Shown in pieces: positions 62,650 to 64,000 of a stretch of DNA of 64,000 nt (positions within the stretch are counted from its first letter, which is position 1; each line of letters begins with the position of its first letter). The position numbers and the translations under genes were made by a program. A model generated the notes under the pieces. The model was not told the DNA's origin and did no database searches. It was given only the letters and a program-made list of their open reading frames with translations. The stretch is from an uncultured Gammaproteobacteria bacterium (GTDB lineage: Bacteria; Pseudomonadota; Gammaproteobacteria; JAURND01). Location of the stretch: NCBI GenBank assembly GCA_963777715.1, contig CAVZRN010000008.1:56928-120927 (forward strand), in the 5' to 3' direction.

Positions 62650-63439
62650 TTATACAAAATTAACCAGCGGCAGACAGCACGTCAGTTGAAACTCAACATC
62701 ACTCGCCCGCTGCGTACCGCGGTCATGGATACTCAAATCTAAGAAACGTATCATCAAACGATGCTTACCCACACTGATTTCAGGATAAACCCGTAATTCC
62801 AGTGGCACAATAACACGCATTAAATGATAGGCAAGTTTAGGATCCAGGGCACGTTGATAGAAGCCCTGTTCCGCCACTAACGTTTCCGGGTTGGTGCTGC
62901 CACGCGTTAGTTGCAATAACAACCCAACCGCAGCTTTCAATTGATCGAATTCCGCATACCAGGCAAGCAGGTCATCAATACGTTTTTCTGCGGGATATTG
63001 CAGCCGATAGATAATAAGCCGGTGTGCTAAAGGGGTTGGCGCCCCCTGGATTCGCCATATGTTGGCGGATCGTGGTTAAGAAACTATTGGTGCGTAAACG
63101 TTGACCAATTTTATCGGGAAGATGGTAAAGGCTATCCACCAGTTGATCCAATTCAACTAAAATAGATTGCAGCTTGTCTCGATCAACGTTTGGTTTTTGC
63201 TCCAACTGGGTTAACACCCCCGCATGTTGGCTCAATGCCTTAGTAATTTTGTTTTTCAAATCAGGGCGATCGATCACATTGAGAATCTCCAGCATCGCCT
63301 CCATGGCCACGCGGCTTTCCCCACTCGATTCACCACGAATCGTTTGTTCTACACGACCGAACAAATATTCCACACGCAAGCATACGCGAATATACTCGTT
63401 GAGCGGCTGTTCAAAAATAATGTTAGCGTCCTGCATCAT
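62650..63439 (-). CDS. zapD: Cell division protein ZapD, broken by a +1 indel (an extra C in a CCC run) near 62960-62970.
   Basis: 154-aa and 96-aa ORFs are colinear with E. coli ZapD. Removing one C gives …YYLSAAISAEKRIDDLLAWY…. Confidence 0.8.
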
Positions 63440-63795
63440 AGAATCGGCATACTATTGTGAATCTCCACCAGTCATTATTCTCAAAGTCACATTTGAGATT
63501 GGAAAAAACCGCAATTTTCAACTGTGATGGGTATATACCCACCGCACTTTAAATAACGGCTTTTTGTTAAGGATGCGGTGGGTATAATCTTGATAAGATT
63601 GCCGGCGCAAGCAAGCTTGCGACACGGCAATTTAAGGGAAGAATTGCATTCTCCCCTTAAAAATCCCCATCGCGCTAAGGTTACATTTTGGTTTTCAAAA
63701 ACCGAAAACCAAAGTGTGATGAGTATATTAAGCAGTAGGAGACTATGCTATAATTAACTATATCCTTAAAAATAACTTTTGGAGCGTAAATTTTA

Positions 63796-64000
63796 TGAAA
63801 TTTAATAACCCCACCAACCCGGTTGTAGTGCAACCATCGCAACAGTCGATTCTAGCGACCCATACGGTGTTACGCAACACGTATTTTCTGTTGAGCTTAA
63901 CATTGTTGTTTAGCGCAGCAATGGCTGCCTACGCCATGGCCAGTAATGCCAGGGGCCCGGGATTTTAGTGTTCATTGTCGGAGTATTCGGCTTATCGTTC
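63796..64000 (+). CDS. yccA: BI-1/YccA-family membrane protein (partial, runs off the window). Contains a -1 indel in a G/C run near 63945.
   Basis: THTVLRNTYFLLSLTLLFSA is almost identical to E. coli YccA. The frame breaks at AGGGGCCCGGG. The alternate frame continues GPGILVFIVGVFGLSF. Confidence 0.75.

Overview
64 kb from a moderate-GC (about 43-47%) gamma-proteobacterial chromosome. The organism call is tentative; several features suggest a Legionellales-like intracellular lifestyle.

Conserved housekeeping genes (mostly minus strand): ispG, a short-form citrate/2-methylcitrate synthase, eno, folP, ftsH, rlmE, miaA, htpG, rpoS, an AmiB/C-type amidase, tsaE, ispF, ispD, ftsB, fadD, minC, mtnN (pfs), luxS, an M20 peptidase, asmA, tRNA-Gly(CCC), trmB, yggS, ileS, waaC, waaF, lysS, prfB (with its conserved programmed +1 frameshift site), suhB, maeA, zapD, yccA.

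Accessory and mobile content between these blocks:
- an IS10/IS4-like insertion sequence whose transposase is broken into three ORFs, plus stray copies of its terminal inverted repeat;
- at least four short interspersed repeat families. The most striking is a roughly 150 bp hairpin element with GACGCAAAG-type arms, present five times, always between co-directional genes;
- toxin-antitoxin and defence-type genes: higBA, an XRE pair, a decayed abiEi/abiEii, and a Schlafen-like AlbA_2/HATPase_c_4 protein carrying an in-frame 21-bp tandem repeat;
- a regulatory islet: LuxR-type HTH, two LexA/CI-like S24 repressors, a csrA paralog, and an orphan LqsR-like response regulator. These sit beside pfs and a yhhQ/flaR-like operon;
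- effector-like ORFs: a 341-aa protein with a bilobed hydrophobic segment and a 1329-aa charged coiled-coil protein;
- two tandem FAD-oxidoreductase paralogs, one of which has about 14 copies of a 7-nt repeat (GCGGGTT) in its 5' coding region, making it a candidate phase-variable gene.

At least seven conserved genes (folP, miaA, rpoS, suhB, zapD, yccA, abiEii) carry single-nucleotide indels, mostly in G/C homopolymers. This looks like draft-assembly error rather than real gene loss. abiEii additionally carries an in-frame TAG stop that cannot be explained that way.
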